Positions 61,824-64,000 of a stretch of 64,000 bases of DNA are shown piece by piece (position 1 is the stretch's first letter; each line of letters starts with the position of its first letter). The DNA lies in the NCBI GenBank assembly GCA_010093605.1, contig MU004184.1, positions 1,436,801-1,500,800 on the forward strand, given 5' to 3'. Under the pieces are notes generated by a model. It was given only the letters and a program-made list of their open reading frames with translations, did not search any database and had not been told where the DNA came from. The stretch comes from Lophium mytilinum. Taxonomy: Eukaryota. Made by a program: the position numbers and the translations under genes.

Positions 61824-64000
61824 ACGCTGTGCGATGGATGCAGCTGAGGACACTGCACGAGGCGTACGCGTGGGTCTAGGAGATTGGAATGCCTGGGGGA
61901 TGCATAAGGGTGGTTTGGTCTTGCGCTTCATGTCTAATGCAACTCGCAAACTATCCCTAATTCACGGCAAGGATCAGTTGTCCGGCAGCTTAGCGCATGG
62001 GCCTTTGAACCTGTCGACGTCACTCCGCTGTAGCTGAGCACCGGCGTATCGTTCAAAAGTACCCGTGTCGGTGACTCTGTTGGTGCAAGATTGGTCATGT
62101 GGATGCGAATACGGATGCGGTGTCGTGAGTAGTATCGGGGTAGTGGCTGCCGTGGGGTTTTCCATCTTGTGGGTTGAAGGGAAGGCCGAGTTATCCGTAG
62201 TCCTATAAGTCTAACAAAAACAAAATTAACTTCAGGATCAATGCAATCGTTAGACGAGGCGCAAAGCTGCTCACAGAATGTGACACCGGATCGCTACGTT
62301 TGGCAGGCCGGGATGAGGGGATCTGGATGAATAGACAGGTCTTGCCTGCAGCTTGTCACTATCCTGCAATCAGCGGTTCCCCTCGATGAGGTGTCTCGGA
62401 TGAAATCAGTCGATATCAATCTCTCTCAGTAATCGAAGGCGGGTGCCGTGTTCGGATCTAGTACTCCGGTTCCAGACGACGACTCGTGGGGAAGATCATC
62501 TCTCACCACCCGCTTGAAGACTGCCAAGCATCGTCGCCGTCCTTCTCACCGCTGTCAAGACGGCACGCAGGCAGGACTAGCAGCCCAGTGCAGCACAAGT
62601 GCTCATTCCGCGATTTTCAGAAAGGCCGCTTCCGAATGATGGCGCAAGAGTAGTGCCCAGCGCCCCGAACTGTGGCTGGGCCCCATGCCATGGCCGCGGG
62701 CTTGCCGATCGGCGGGCAGCGAGATCGATCGAGCCCTGCGATCTCTGGATCCCTCATCCATGCACCCTGTATCCTACGGCATCCATCCCCGCCAGCCGCA
62801 CCCACGGCCTCACTCTCTGAGGCGCTTTGCGGTGTGTGAGCCTGGCGGTTTCGTCGCTGTCAGCGCCCTGCATCAGACGTGCAGCAGAGGGATTCAGCTC
62901 CCCCAGTCATCAAGCAGGCAGGCTGACGGCTTCTCCAGTCCATCCGTCCCTCCTCGCGTTCTAATACCAGGATGCAGAGCCAAGAGAGCCGGCAATGCGG
63001 CCCGCCAGACGTCTCGATGCTAACCATGCCGAGTGGCCTGGTGGGCTTCTGCGGCCATGCCGATGCGGCAGAAGGACACTGAAGTCCGAGTTCGAGAGCT
63101 GTCAAGATGATGCATCGTCAAACCGTCCCCACAGCTCCAGTAACATGCAGTGCATAAGTGGTACGATCTCTGCCCAAGCCAGCTAGCCGAGAGGCAATCT
63201 TTGTGCACGAATCGGTGAATGGTGACACGAGTCGTCAGCTAGCGCACCATGCCGCCTAATAGCCCGTCTTTGCACTCGGCTGACCCCTGCTCGACACAAA
63301 CCCATGCATGGCCCCGCCATCGCGCGCCATCTGAGATTCCAATCTCAAACTGAATCTGATGGCTGGCGAGACCAACCCCTGCTGCCTTCGTGGGAGCGCT
63401 GTGGTTCGGCAACATTTTTGCGCCTGGGCCTACGATCCTGCATCCACACCTCGTACTCACGCGAGGTAGTCCATATCGGGTTCCTAGATCACATCGATCT
63501 GCGCTGCATCGATCCAGGCGCGTGGGCGTCTGCGTGTGAGATTTGGCTGGGATCGAGCTGCTGAATCAAGGGGAGCGAAGTTATGGACAGCCGCTTTTGG
63601 CGCTGGGGGTGGGTTTCGACTGTGGGGATTGGGTGGAAGCCAGTTCACCATGGTGGACGTCCTAGCGTGCTTGGTACGGAACGAGCAGGAGACTGACGCA
63701 GTTGATTTCGGGGCCACAGTGGGAGTGGTGGAGTTGCGGCACTCTCCACCCTGCATTGGCGGATTCAAGACGAGGACCCTTCGCCAGCAACCATGGTTCT
63801 ATTAAGTCCGGCCGCTTTCCTCGTCACAACCTTCTTGATTTCTGTTCCTTCCAGATTCCCGAGACAGTCCCTAGCCTCGATGCCAGTTTAGCTTTCCTCG
63901 GGAGAGTCCCTGCAGTCGTGACATCGTTCCATCATCGAATCCTCGCCAGAACCTTGATACTTTCTTTGTTACGTACCGCGCGCACTTTCTCCAATCTTCA

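Overview
Eukaryotic genomic DNA from a filamentous ascomycete (Pezizomycotina; Dothideomycete-like by inference only). Short GT-AG introns with CTRAC-type branch sites are present throughout. About 17 protein-coding genes are supported: a proline-rich/coiled-coil protein with a ubiquitin-like domain and CAAX end, a CAP/PR-1 protein, two hypothetical proteins, SEN1, a DNF1/2-type P4-ATPase, tetraspanin PLS1, MCM1, an HNM1-like amine permease, MSH4, RSA4, a short-chain dehydrogenase, a glutamine-synthetase-like ligase, a dienelactone hydrolase, an F-box protein, POP1, a fasciclin protein and GAD1. No transposon, rRNA, canonical tRNA or CRISPR array could be supported. Two items stand out. (1) An unannotated ~200-nt intergenic element at 5611-5818 folds into two long arms that each carry the same 34-nt motif, with a cUUCGg hairpin, RNA polymerase III A/B-box-like sequences and a T8 run; it is a candidate novel structured ncRNA. 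(2) A divergent SDR / GS-like pair plus a Cys-hydrolase (46.3-51.8 kb), with a GATA-rich amine permease about 7 kb away, resembles the bacterial GlnA4-type gamma-glutamylation pathway for amine (ethanolamine) catabolism. All family assignments are from motif recognition by eye; no searches were run.
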